DNA from: Octopus sinensis
Lineage: Eukaryota
Length of the DNA stretch: 64,000 nucleotides
Direction: 5' to 3'
Assembly: GCF_006345805.1 (NCBI RefSeq)
Contig: NC_043006.1
Coordinates: 50,964,001-51,028,000, forward strand
The notes below the pieces were generated by a model. The model had not been told where the DNA came from, did no database searches, and saw only the letters and a list, made by a program, of their open reading frames with translations. Shown here one piece after another: positions 1-12,190 of the stretch (its first letter is position 1; each line of letters begins with the position of its first letter). A program made the position numbers and the translations under genes.

Positions 1-566
1 CAAACTTTTGAAGATCAACTATCTAGTTATTTGTTAAACATTTGTTACCAGTTGGAGAAAGAAAATCTTCTACAATAAGTAATGACGTCATAGACCCAAT
101 CTCTGTAAAGGCAGCAACTCATTATCTAACACATTAGTGGCTGAGCGGGGGGAAATAAGTCTTGACCAATGACATCAACGGCTACGTTTATAGAAGCTTT
201 TAGAAAATAATCGTATCTGTAAATCAATAGACATTATTGCGCATCAGGAACAAATAACTCACTGTGCAGTAGAATTCTAAAACTCATTGGAAGCTTGAGG
301 TTTACAGCTGCATAGACTTCTGTTAAAAGATCTCCAACAATGGCGCTATCTAATTTAGATAAACTGCAGTCATACAGTAACACCAGATTAATGGTTAAGA
401 AGTTTATACCAAATGGCTATCCATATTGATGGATGCACTAAAGATGAAGCAAATTATGCTCAGCATTCCACTCAAACTAACTAATGTATTTCGATTTAGA
501 AAACTTCAGTTTCCACCAGAACATTTAAGCTTTGCAGTTCTATTTAGAAGATGAGGAACTATGTAT

Positions 567-674
567 ATTATTTACATTATTTACATTCGACGGATATTTG
601 TCCTCATCTTGTTTGTTGTTAACACCAAACAAGACGAGGACAAATATCCTTCGAAAGTAAATAATGCAAATAAT
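567..674. repeat. Fold-back palindrome (~50-bp arms), MITE-like or Penelope-type inverted end
   Basis: attatttacattatttacattcgacggatatttgtcctcatcttgtttg pairs, with a few mismatches, with caaacaagacgaggacaaatatccttcgaaagtaaataatgcaaataat. Confidence 0.7.
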
Positions 675-1466
675 GTGAATAATGTATCTAAGCTTTGCTA
701 TGTCAATAAATAAATCACGAGAATAAGTATAAAGTTGTGGGTGGCATTTTGAGGAATACAGCTTTGTCAGTGTAGGTAAGTCAATTGTCTCATTTTTTAT
801 AATGATCTAAGTGAAACCAAATCATTGTGCTTCCCGAGGCAATGTTCAGAATTGCCAGAACTGTTATAGGTAAAGTCCCGAAATATAGTTTAATTGTTCA
901 TCACAACTTTTATAATCATTGCTTTTTCACTACACGTACTGTAGTTTAGACGTTTATATGTGTCGGTTTCTACACGTTCTAAAAAGGATAATTTTCTTGG
1001 GCAATTTACCATCCGACACTCCGCTTCCCACTAACCTTCCAAATTACTTTAGCCGATATGCTTAATAATTGTTTCAAATGTAATGAAACAGTATTTACAT
1101 TTATTTAATCATATGATCTCATCTACTAAGCTAGAATTAGATATAAAAATCTATTCAATGAAACTACAAAATATACTGTTAATACTGAGTAGCACATGTA
1201 GCAGATAATAGTTATCTTTAAGCATATTAGAAAGCATTTCTTTATATTGCAAAAACCTAATTTTTCCACAAAAATCTAGTAGTTTTGCATTAAACCTAAA
1301 ACATCTTAATCAGTTAAAAATTCTGGGATATTTATAATTACTTTCAATTAATGACTTGTCTCTTCTGACAGTTTTGTTGCACTGACCAATTTTGAAAATA
1401 CCTGTTACTTTATACAAAACGCAAAGATATGTCTCATAATTACCACTATATTATTATATATTTCAG

Positions 1467-3720
1467 TGCATGCTAAACCTGTCACCACAGTAACACAGAG
1501 TGTATCTGAACCAAACACCACAGCAACATACAATGAACTAGCAAAGCACGCAGTTCCAGTTGAAGCGCCAGCAGCTCTCGGGCACAGTTACCCCGAAGTT
1601 GCACCTCCAGACCTCAAAAAAGATCTTGACAATGATCTAGCTGCAGCCGCTGTTCCAGTTGAGGCCACCGTAAAGCGTCTTGCTGATGTTGCACCTGCAG
1701 CCGCCCCACATAACGTCGCCAATGTTGCACCTTCAGCCCTCGCAAAACATCATGACAATGATCTAGCTGCAGCCGCTGTTCCCGTTCAGGCCCCCGCAAG
1801 CGATCATGCCGAAGCTGTAGCAGTTGAGGCCCCCGCAAGCAATCCTGCCAAAGCTGTAGCACTTGAGGCCCCCGCAAGCGATTTTGCCAAAGCTGTAGCA
1901 CTTGAGGCCCCCGCAAGTGATCATGCCGAAGCTGTAGCACTTGAGGCCCCCGCAAGCGATTTTGCCAAAGCTGTAGCACTTGAGGCCCCCGCAAGTGATC
2001 ATGCCGAAGCTGTAGCACTTGAGGCCCCCGCAAGCGATTTTGCCAAAGCTGTAGCACTTGAGGCCCCCGCAAGCGATTTTGCCAAAGCTGTAGCACTTGA
2101 GGCCCCCGCTAGCAATCTTGCCAAAGCTGTAGCACTTGAGGCCCCCGCAAGCGATTTTGCCAAAGCTGTAGCACTTGAGGCCCCCGCAAGCGATTTTGCC
2201 AAAGCTGTAGCACTTGAGGCCCCCGCTAGCAATCTTGCCAAAGCTGTAGCACTTGAGGCCCCCGCAAGCGATTTTGCCAAATCTGTAGCACTTGAGGCCC
2301 CCGCAAGCGATTTTGCCAAAGCTGTAGCACTTGAGGCCCCCGCAAGCAATCTTGCCAAATCTGTAGCACTTGAGGCCCCCGCAAGCGATTTTGCCAAATC
2401 TGTAGCACTTGAGGCCCCCGCAAGCAATCTGCCAAATCTGTAGCACTTGAGGCCCCCGCAAGCGATTTTGCCAAATCTGTAGCACTTGAGGCCCCCGCAA
2501 GCAATCTTGCCAAATCTGTAGCACTTGAGGCCCCCGCAAGCGATTTTGCCAAAGCTGTTCCAGTTGAGGCCCCCGCAAGCGATTTTGCCAAAGCTGTAGC
2601 ACTTGAGGCCCCCGCAAGCAATCTTGCCAAATCTGTAGCACTTGAGGCCCCCGCAAGCGATTTTGCCAAATCTGTAGCAGTTGAGGCCCCCGCTAGCAAT
2701 CTTGCCAAAGCTGTAGCACTTGAGGCCCCCGCAAGCGATTTTGCCAAAGCTGTAGCACTTGAGGCCCCCGCAAGCGATTTTGCCAAAGCTGTAGCACTTG
2801 AGGCCCCCGCTAGCAATCTTGCCAAATCTGTAGCACTTGAGGCCCCCGCAAGCGATTTTGCCAAAGCTGTTCCAGTTGAGGCCCCCGCAAGCGATTTTGC
2901 CAAAGCTGTAGCACTTGAGGCCCCCGCAAGCAATCTTGCCAAATCTGTAGCACTTGAGGCCCCCGCAAGCGATTTTGCCAAATCTGTAGCACTTGAGGCC
3001 CCCGCAAGCAATCTTGCCAAATCTGTAGCACTTGAGGCCCCCGCAAGCGATTTTGCCAAATCTGTAGCACTTGAGGCCCCCGCAAGCAATCTTGCCAAAT
3101 CTGTAGCACTTGAGGCCCCCGCAAGCGATTTTGCCAAAGCTGTTCCAGTTGAGGCCCCCGCAAGCGATTTTGCCAAAGCTGTAGCACTTGAGGCCCCCGC
3201 AAGCAATCTTGCCAAATCTGTAGCACTTGAGGCCCCCGCAAGCGATTTTGCCAAATCTGTAGCAGTTGAGGCCCCCGCTAGCAATCTTGCCAAAGCTGTA
3301 GCACTTGAGGCCCCCGCAAGCGATTTTGCCAAAGCTGTAGCACTTGAGGCCCCCGCAAGCGATTTTGCCAAAGCTGTAGCACTTGAGGCCCCCGCTAGCA
3401 ATCTTGCCAAATCTGTAGCACTTGAGGCCCCCGCAAGCGATTTTGCCAAAGCTGTAGCACTTGAGGCCCCCGCAAGCAATCTTGCCAAATCTGTAGCACT
3501 TGAGGCCCCCGCAAGCGATTTTGCCAAATCTGTAGCAGTTGAGGCCCCCGCTAGCAATCTTGCCAAAGCTGTAGCACTTGAGGCCCCCGCAAGCGATTTT
3601 GCCAAAGCTGTAGCACTTGAGGCCCCCGCAAGCGATTTTGCCAAAGCTGTTGCAGTTGAGGCCCCCGCTAGCAATCCTGCAAAATCTGTAGCAGTTGAGG
3701 CCCCCGCAAGCGATCTCTAA
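1467..3720 (+). CDS. Probable terminal coding exon of an uncharacterised Ala-rich protein with ~50 x 13-aa repeats (ALEAPAS[D/N][F/L]AK[A/S]V); apparent 1-bp frameshift near 2430
   Basis: A tttcag acceptor ends at 1466. About 105 non-repetitive codons (HAKPVTTVTQSVSEPNTT...) grade into the 39-bp array in the same frame. Restoring the missing T (aatctgcc vs aatcttgcc in all other such units) keeps the frame open to TAA at 3718-3720 (...EAPASDL*). AATAAA motifs follow at ~3882 and ~3928. Upstream exon not identified. Confidence 0.65.
1787..3717 (+). repeat. 39-bp coding tandem repeat (~50 units) with higher-order structure
   Basis: Unit gcacttgaggcccccgcaagcgattttgccaaagctgta; the pattern of variant units recurs at ~585-bp spacing. 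Confidence 0.95.
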
Positions 3721-4295
3721 TTCGAACGACATTCACTCTAGAACAACTATCTAGATAAATATTTATCTATGCGATACCAGAGACTCTAATTAATATGAAT
3801 ACTTTCCCCTCTGGGATTGTTAAAACATAAAGATAGCCAATCTGAAAAATTCTGTACTTATTTGCCGCTATATGCTTCTGAAATAAATAATGATTTATTT
3901 CAGTATATTTCATATTATATATTGTATAATAAAGATTTATTATTTTTTATTGTGTTTTCTCTCGACTACTATTTTACAACCTCGAAAATTGTAACATAAT
4001 CAGCTTTTCATAGTCGATTTTCTTGTCTGTCTGTTTATTTATTTATCTATCTATTTATTTGTCTGTCTATCTATTTATCTGTCTATCTGTCAGTTTGTCT
4101 TTCTGTCTACCTGTCTATTTATTTGTCAGTCTGTCTGCTTATCTGTCTGTCTCTCTGTCTAGCTACGCATATTCACGATCACCTCCACACATATATTTGT
4201 GTGCGCATATATGCGCCCATGTCCCTCTGTATACCTCTCTCTGTAATTGCTCTTTTGTATGTATATAATATTTTCGTAATGTAGGTCTAACTGCG

Positions 4296-4357
<62 letters not shown>

Positions 4358-4569
4358 CAGCTTCACTTCAAATGACAGTAAATAATGGACCCCGATAAAA
4401 CCGTACCGAAAATGGTACCAGGAGGTCCAGTCGATGCAGTTGAAACGCGCGTAGGATGTTGTAAATAACATCGAAAGGATGTTGTAAATAACAGTTTAAT
4501 AAAATTGTAGATGGAGAAAATCTCTGTTCTTATGATCGTAATTAACACTATATATACATACATATATAT

Positions 4570-5400
4570 GTCATCCCATAAATAATGCGTTTTTTATTAC
4601 TTCTTTTATTTTTCTAAATTAAGATAAAGTTCTTTTTTAATCTAAAATATACTCTCCTTCATTTTCTACAAAGCTCCGGTAGACTTGCAAGGTCCCTCTT
4701 CCAAACTTCACTTGTCCGTGATGAAAAATACTCCTATAGTATTATTCTGACCTCATCTACAGAATTCATATTTTTCTATCCAAACGATTTTGAAGACTGC
4801 GGAATAAATGATAACCAGATGGGACAATGTCCGGTGAATATGGTGGGTGGAGCATCGTTTCTCATTCACACTGCTCCAGTCTTTCGAATGTTACCATCGC
4901 TGTATGTGACTGAGATTTATCCTGATGGAAGAACACATTTCGTCTTGAGACCAAAGATGGTCGTTTTACTTTTAGCGCTGGATTGAATGACTGGTTGAAT
5001 AACCAAATCCAAGCTTCTCTGCTAGTTCCTCAACAGTTACGATGGGATTTTGTTCCACCAGGGTTTGCAGAACGTCCGCGTCGAGCTCTACAGAGGCTTG
5101 CTATCTAGGCTGTAGTTTCCAGCTCGGAATTTCTGTAGCCACCGTTGATGCTTGCGCTTATTGTTCGATCTCCAGATACTGCATTAATACTCCTCACACT
5201 TTCCGTTGCATTGTTGCCTTTTTGGGACTCATAAAGCAAAATATGCCGAATATGCTCTTTTGCCACTTCCATTATAGCTTTGTCACTTCTTTTACAGCTT
5301 TGATAAAATAAGTTAAAATCGAACTGCATTCTTCAAAACTTGCACTAAGAATAAGTTGATTTCTTCATTTCCCACAAGGGGACACCACAATTTGATTTGG
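4570..5400 (-). mobile_element. Internally deleted, decayed mariner-family transposon
   Basis: Minus-strand MEVAKEHIRHILLYE..KGNNATESVRSINAV (mariner N-terminal HTH) and MLHPPYSPDIVPSGYHLFRSLQN (YSPDLAP-type motif); stops and frameshifts present. Confidence 0.8.
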
Positions 5401-5556
5401 GATCAGATGAACGAATGGTTATAAACATAAATATGCGGTTGAAAATTCACAAAATATGAAAATATAAATAAATCGAATGATAGAAAAGACCAGAAGACAT
5501 TACGGATGGAGTGGAGGCGGGTTCAATTCGGACTCCACGAGACCCGCTTCGCCACT

Positions 5557-5656
5557 NNNNNNNNNNNNNNNNNNNNNNNNNNNNNNNNNNNNNNNNNNNN
5601 NNNNNNNNNNNNNNNNNNNNNNNNNNNNNNNNNNNNNNNNNNNNNNNNNNNNNNNN
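5557..5656. other. Assembly gap (100 N)
   Basis: Run of exactly 100 N. Confidence 1.
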
Positions 5657-5815
5657 TTCCTCTTTCTATACCGTTTGTGATAAGCTTGTATATGGCTTGA
5701 TGGCTGAGGTGAAATAAGATGGTTGAGGTGAATAAGAAATATTGGTACCTCGTTGTGTCCAGTCCTCCATGAAAGTAAAATATGTGGTTGCCAGGGGAAA
5801 ATGTGAAAGTGCGTT

Positions 5816-5854
<39 letters not shown>

Positions 5855-5899
5855 TTTTTCCTTTTTTTTTCCGCGAAAAGTTATTCTGATGAAGAAACG

Positions 5900-6101
5900 T
5901 GTTTTACTCTTTTATTTGTTTCAGTTATTTGACTGTGGCCATGCTGGAGCACCGCCTTTAGTCGAGCAAATCGACCCCCAGGACTTATTCTTTGTAAGCC
6001 TAGTACTTATTCTATCGGTCTTTTTTGCCGAACCGCTATGTTACGGGGACGTAAACGCACCAGCATCGGTTGTCAAGTGATGTTGGGGGGGACAAACACA
6101 G

Positions 6102-6146
<45 letters not shown>

Positions 6147-6322
6147 ATATATATATATACGACGGGCTTCTTTCAGTTTCCGTCAGCTAAATCCACTCAC
6201 AAGGCTTTGGTCGGCCCGAGACTATAGTAGAAGACACTTACCCAAGGTGTCACGCAGTGGGACTGAACCCAGAACCATGTGGTTGGTAAGCAAGTTACTT
6301 ACCACACAGTCACTCCGACGCC
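5900..6322 (-). mobile_element. tRNA-derived SINE (cephalopod-type family with internal CA/TA microsatellite)
   Basis: gactgtggccatgctggagcaccgcc...gggactgaacccagaaccatgtggttggtaagc; related copies at ~14190-14570, ~37970-38260, ~51870-52225 and ~58345-59010. Confidence 0.75.
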
Positions 6323-7116
6323 TATATTTATGTTTTATTAATTATTATTTTCATGCTGGCTATATCATGCACTCAGCAGATCGTAGGCTTGTACAAGAGG
6401 TAGTTTTCGTTGGGAAAATGTGTTCGTATTGACACTTTATAAACAACAAACTCTTTTAGTACACTTCCTAAGGCATGTAACAGCACGATGCGTGTTTTCA
6501 TTAAGCTTTTTATCTTCACTATAACTAAAATAAAATCAGCATGAACAATGAAAAAGGCCATAATTTTGCAGTGAAATATCTTGGCACCGATTACTCATTC
6601 GTGATTGTTCCTTTCTAGCATTCGATAAACATGTGTAGTTAATAGCAATGTTTTGCGCGCATTAATTAGAAATTTAATTTAAATATTTGGCGGATCTAAC
6701 TTCAATAATGACATCGTCGTAGTGGATGTTTGGCATCCTCATTATCAGTTTGATTTATTAGAATTTTTGATTTGAAAATGATACTTGCCTTGTGTATAAT
6801 TTCAATTTTTATAACTTTATTTTGTAAATTTTTATATTATATTAAAATATTCAAGAAATAATTTGATAAAATAATTACATTGGAAGTTGTAGATTTGAAA
6901 TAAATTTGATTTTTTTTTTTATATGGGATTTATATCTTTCTATCTTTTTTTTGTTACTTTTTTCGTTTGGATTTTCTTTAACTAGAGGGTTAATTATTCA
7001 AATTTAACAATTAAGTTTTATGATTATGATGATTAGAATTATTACAAAGGTTGTAATTTCTAATTTATTCTCGATGTGAATTACATTGTTATTGGTTTTA
7101 TTATTACATATATATA

Positions 7117-7166
<50 letters not shown>

Positions 7167-7189
7167 GCTATATATATATAACGCATTTC

Positions 7190-7549
7190 TTGTCTTTACG
7201 TTCTGAGTTCAAATCCCTGAAGTTGACTTTGCCTTTAATCCTTTAGGGTCGATAAAATAAGTACCAGATGTAATCGACTAACCCACTCTGCCCAAATTTC
7301 AGGCTTGCGCCTTTAGTAGAAAGAATTGTTGTTGTTGTTGTTGTCGTCGCGAGTAGAATCGTTAGCATGCCGGACAAAATGCTTAGCCGCATTTCGTCCG
7401 TCTTTATGTTCTAAGTTCAAATTCCGCCGAGGTCGACTTTGCCTTTCATCCTTTCGGGTTCGATAAATTGAGTACCAGTGAAACACTGGGGTCGATATAA
7501 TCGACTTGCCACCCAAAAAAATTTCAGGCCTTGTGTCAATAATAGAAAC

Positions 7550-7550
<1 letters not shown>
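7190..7550 (+). mobile_element. Two adjacent Nin-domain-type SINE copies
   Basis: B-box-like gttcaaattcc followed by gtcgactttgcctttcatcctttcggg..cgataaattgagtacc (Nin-domain-like) and a (TTA)n tail. Confidence 0.7.
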
Positions 7551-7600
<50 letters not shown>

Positions 7601-7606
7601 CATATT

Positions 7607-7637
<31 letters not shown>

Positions 7638-7655
7638 TTATTATTATTATCATTA

Positions 7656-7687
<32 letters not shown>

Positions 7688-7703
7688 ATTTATTATATTA
7701 TCA

Positions 7704-7737
<34 letters not shown>

Positions 7738-7786
7738 CATTATTATTATTATTATTATTATTATATTATTATTATTATTATTATTG
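7550..7786. repeat. (TTA)n microsatellite
   Basis: Seen directly; it generates the poly-I/Y/L ORFs. Confidence 0.95.
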
Positions 7787-8398
7787 GGCAGTTCCTAATT
7801 TCATTTTCTTTTAAGAATTATTTTATTTTCATAGTAATTATAAGATTTTTTTTTATAATAGATATATTTCTTGTACTTCAGTATATGGATATAAGAGAAA
7901 TGAATTTAAAAATATAAAGGTAAAGACAATTTTATAAGATAGAAATATCAAGTTTATTGATGAGGAATTATGAATTATTTTGCAGTTATGTATTTTTACG
8001 TATTTAATTAGAAATTATTCTGATTGTCGTTGTGAAGGTATGCTATTATTAAGTTGGTTCATTACGATTTTTTAAATATAAATATACTTAGTTAATTACG
8101 CAAAACTGTATACAGATTCCTAATAGGACGTTGATTGATTAACTGATTTAGCATTTGTTGATTATAATTTCATGAAATTTTGGTTCTTTATTAGGATTAT
8201 GCTTCTTTTTTTTACTCGAATTTTTCAATGGAACTTCTTTTTTCTTAACCATTGTACCTCTTGCACTGAGTATTTATCTAGTTCAGTTGTTCATATTCTG
8301 TAAATTCTGAGTGGGTATTGCATCACATTCAGGCAAATTATACTTCTTTTTTATTTATTTGGTGTTATACACATACACACATGCACGTACGCACACAC

Positions 8399-8431
<33 letters not shown>

Positions 8432-8537
8432 CTTTATTTAAAGCAGCAGAAAATTCAACAATAAAGCATATTACTCTACCACTGGTATTTGAGTACTCTT
8501 TTTTCCACCTTGTTTCACATTTATGTGTTTACTCCGG

Positions 8538-8564
<27 letters not shown>

Positions 8565-8573
<9 letters not shown>

Positions 8574-8727
8574 AATTAGGGTATCTGAGAGATACCACCA
8601 CGCTGAAGTAGCAGTCAAAACCTGACTCTAAAGCCACATCATATGAACATTTAATGTGGCTTTAGAGTCAGGTTTTGGCAGCTATTTTAGCGTGTGGTAT
8701 CTCTCAGATACCCTAATTTATAATTTT
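8565..8727. repeat. Fold-back palindrome (~75-bp arms)
   Basis: aaaattataaattagggtatctgagagatacca...aagccacat is the reverse complement of atgtggcttt...tggtatctctcagataccctaatttataatttt. Confidence 0.85.
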
Positions 8728-8808
8728 AAATAATTATTATTACTTTGTAAGGTTTTTATTCCATGCTACCCACTTGATAAGATCGATATTTAAATATCGA
8801 TCTTATCG

Positions 8809-8855
<47 letters not shown>

Positions 8856-10902
8856 TATTGATCACATATACTCAATGTATGTGTTATGATTGTTCACCGT
8901 TTTGCTGCGGTCCAGCACTCTGGGGACGACTCCCTCGTAGCACTGGTTGTTAAACACCTGAAAGTCATAGAAAGGTGTGACAACTCGCTTCCTGTCTCAT
9001 TGAGGAGTGATGGATACCGATATTTCGCCATTTTGTGCCTTATAAACGTCAGGTATCTAAATCGAACCGGGGACGAATTGAATCGCCTGTTTATTCATAA
9101 TTGTATTTAATCTTACGTATTCATCGTAAGATGAATACCATCAAATGGGTCTTACTCTATTTGTATATAGTCTTAGACTATACATTTATTTATATATGCA
9201 CACATATGTATGTACTTCTTACATACATTCTTATAGTTTTTAAAAACAGAAATAGACAATACTATATAATCATAATCATGTTATATAAAATAAATTATAC
9301 ATGCATATGAGTAAAATAAGATATACCCACATATAGACACATAGCATACTTCTTACTAACTTTACTATACATTTTAATATAGGCTAGTTCTATCTCACGT
9401 ACAAGTTAATGTGTGTGTATGTGTGTACATATATATATATGTATTGTATATGTATATATATATTTGTGTATGTGTGTGTATATATGCATGTATGTATATA
9501 TATACACACACATATGTACGTCTTACATACATTTAACTATTCTTAAAATAACGATAAATAAGCAGATTGCATTAGTAGAGTTTTAGATATTAATTGTTTT
9601 TACCAAACAATTTTGCATTTAATAACCATTTCGGAGTGCCTATTCACAAGTTTATCTGTACATGTTAGAATGCATAGTGCCTCATCGGAACAGAGATTAC
9701 AAGATCTTGAAAATGTATTGTACCGATATGCATCTTTAATCACCGTCAGGTGATGTTGTATTGCACTTTTCCTACCTTAAATTTCCAGACCAGATCAGCG
9801 AATGATGTGCAGTGTCTCTTGTTAATTTTTGTAAACGATGCAGTGTGATTCCGATATTGATGTTTGAAGCATCTGCAGTTGCACCACTATATACAAATGC
9901 ATCTGCTAGCGGACTAATATTTCTATATTACGTTCTTACGGAGGCATTCACGTGTACCTCACTTTAAAATTACAATTCCTTACCACTCTATTTTCTATTC
10001 CTATCTTTCTTCTATTTCTATTCTTTCCTATATTCCTTTATTGTTTCTGTGTTTATTATTAGTGCTGTTGATGTTCAATGCTACCATCATTTCTGTTCAT
10101 AGTACAACTAATATTGAGATTTTCAGCATTTCCTTTATACTCATTTTTGTTACGATCTATATTATTACATTTTTCATAATTATGTGGACAGGATTGCTGA
10201 CTTTCTTCCTTGCTATTGTAATTCGTCTTTTAAGGATTATTTTCAGCTTTACCGTCCACTAATAGTGTAAGAGATCACCTTGTTTAGCTCCCTATTATTG
10301 AGTTTATGAATGTAATATTCTAAGTTATTAGATGTTGCGTAGGATAATTTGACCGTATGTCTATTAGTTCTTGTAATATTTACTGGATTTAGCATTACTT
10401 TTAACAAAGTTCATCAGATAGCGATACTACCACTGCTTTATGTAGAAAAATTAATGTGTCGCAATAGAAACCATATATACAAGAAGAGAGAAGAAAGAGT
10501 ACGAAAGAGATGGCGTGATAGAGGGTAAGATAGAAAATGAAGAAGGAAATATTTGATTTCAACTATTCCAGTTAAAGAAATCTCTAGCACTCTTGGCTGA
10601 TATGCTAAACATATCATCACACCAATGTACTATGAGTGTAAAATGTGTCGAAACAATTGTAGTGATTTTAAAATTAGGAATGCCGGTCAATCCATTTTCT
10701 ATCATTTATCTACTTATATATCAGTGTGTGCGCGTGTGCGCACGTGCCTGCGCAGAGACCGACAGACAGACAGATAGATTGGTAGGTAGGTAGGTAGTTA
10801 GGTACGTACGTACGTACGTACATACATACATACACACGCACATACATACATACATACATACATACATACATACATACATACATACATACATACATACATA
10901 CA

Positions 10903-11271
10903 TCTATTATATAAAAATCCGTTCTTCTGTCTATGTGTGTGTCTTCTAGGATCTCGGGCATCTTCCATCCGATTGCGCTCAAATTTGATATGTAGATACC
11001 GACGGTATCAGGGCGTGTATAAGTCTTGAAAAAATTACAAAAATCGATTCCAGGTGAGAATGCGATCGATAAAGTGAATAAAATCGTTTTTCTTTGGAAC
11101 AGAGAAAAAGTTTATCTTTATTTCTTCTTTTGCTGGTGTCTCAAATTTAGGTTAAATCAGTGTTTCTCATGGGGGGGCTATGGAACGGTCGGACAAGTTG
11201 TTTTGAGAAAATTTGGTTTAAATGTTTGACAACTCAGCACCGTCCATTGGACGGTGGGGGCGTTTTACTCG
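10903..11271 (+). mobile_element. Non-autonomous Helitron-like element inserted in a (TACA)n tract
   Basis: A|TCTATTATATAAAA start; subterminal hairpin caccgtcc-att-ggacggtg; CTCG|T end (CTRR variant). Confidence 0.6.
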
Positions 11272-11806
11272 TACATACATACATACATACATACATACAT
11301 ACATACATACATACATACATACATACATTCTTTCAGCTGATTTGCACGCTTATAACCTATTCCGTCTTAACAAAATTATTTGCACAGAAATGTCTCATAG
11401 AATTTTTCTTTGGTCAAACTAATTTTTTTTTCTCGATATGAATACCATCACTGAATACAGAGCGCTGGATTTGTTATATATCTTATTACTAAATTTAGAA
11501 CATTGAACTGAGTGTTAATTTTAGAGACTGCAGTTATAAACTGAATACACTCTAAATACATATCTGAAATATAAATAAAACGTTTTCTTTTAGCAAAAAT
11601 CATTACAATAGCCTCAGTACAAAGTAGTATCGTTAGAAGTAATAAGTAGTTCCCTTATGGGCAGATGGAAGAATGTGAGATATAACTTTAGTTTAACATA
11701 TACTAGCAGTAATGTCTGCTGTAGAGAATTGTTACTTTTCGTTACGATGGTGATGTCACAATGGAATCTTTGAATCCGCTAAATGAGAGGTGCATACATC
11801 CGACAG

Positions 11807-12190
11807 GAGGCGCAATGGCCCAGTGGTTAGGACAGCGGACTCGCGGTCGTAGGATCGCGGTTTCGATTCCCAGACCGGGCGTTGTGAGTGTTTTTGAGCG
11901 AAAACACCTAAAGCTCCGAGGCTCCGGCAGGGATGGTGGTGATCCCTGCTGTCTCTTCACCACAACTTTCTCTCACTCTTACTTCCTGTTTCTGTTGTAC
12001 CTGTATTTCAAAGGGCCGGCCTTGTCACTCTCTGTGTCACGCTGAATATCCCCGAGAACTACGTTAAGGGTACACGTGTCTGTGGAGTGCTCAACCACTT
12101 ACACGTTAATTTCACGAGCAGGCTGTTCCGTTGATCGGATCAACCGGAACCCTCGTCGTCGTAACCGACGGAGTGCTTCCACATCCAACA
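11807..12190 (+). mobile_element. tRNA-derived SINE (second family)
   Basis: A-box tggcccagtgg and B-box gtttcgattcc head; related copies at ~25350-25645 (-), ~40068-40360 (-) and ~58593-58900 (+). Confidence 0.8.

Noticed and set aside
340-429. ATGGCG... ORF as the first exon of the repeat protein
   Set aside because: It terminates after ~29 codons and has no hydrophobic signal-like core; no support for splicing to 1467.
1787-3717. 39-bp array as a CRISPR array
   Set aside because: Units are contiguous with no unique spacers, there are no cas genes, and the context is eukaryotic.
1614-3732. Minus-strand ORFs (160-577 aa) as independent genes
   Set aside because: They are almost entirely confined to the repeat; only the plus frame has a splice acceptor, unique N-terminal region, clean stop and polyA signal.
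9013-9057. Minus-strand hammerhead-like motif (gatac-CTGACGT...GAAA-ta-TC-ggtatc)
   Set aside because: A9 is missing, stem II is poor and the stem I register is off by one; too degenerate to call.
10395-10425. Isolated CTGATGA motifs (here, ~12290 and ~41629)
   Set aside because: No correctly placed GAAA or closing stems.
11807-11880. tRNA gene
   Set aside because: The A/B boxes continue into a multi-copy SINE body, and no complete cloverleaf is evident; the same applies at 32017 and 58593.
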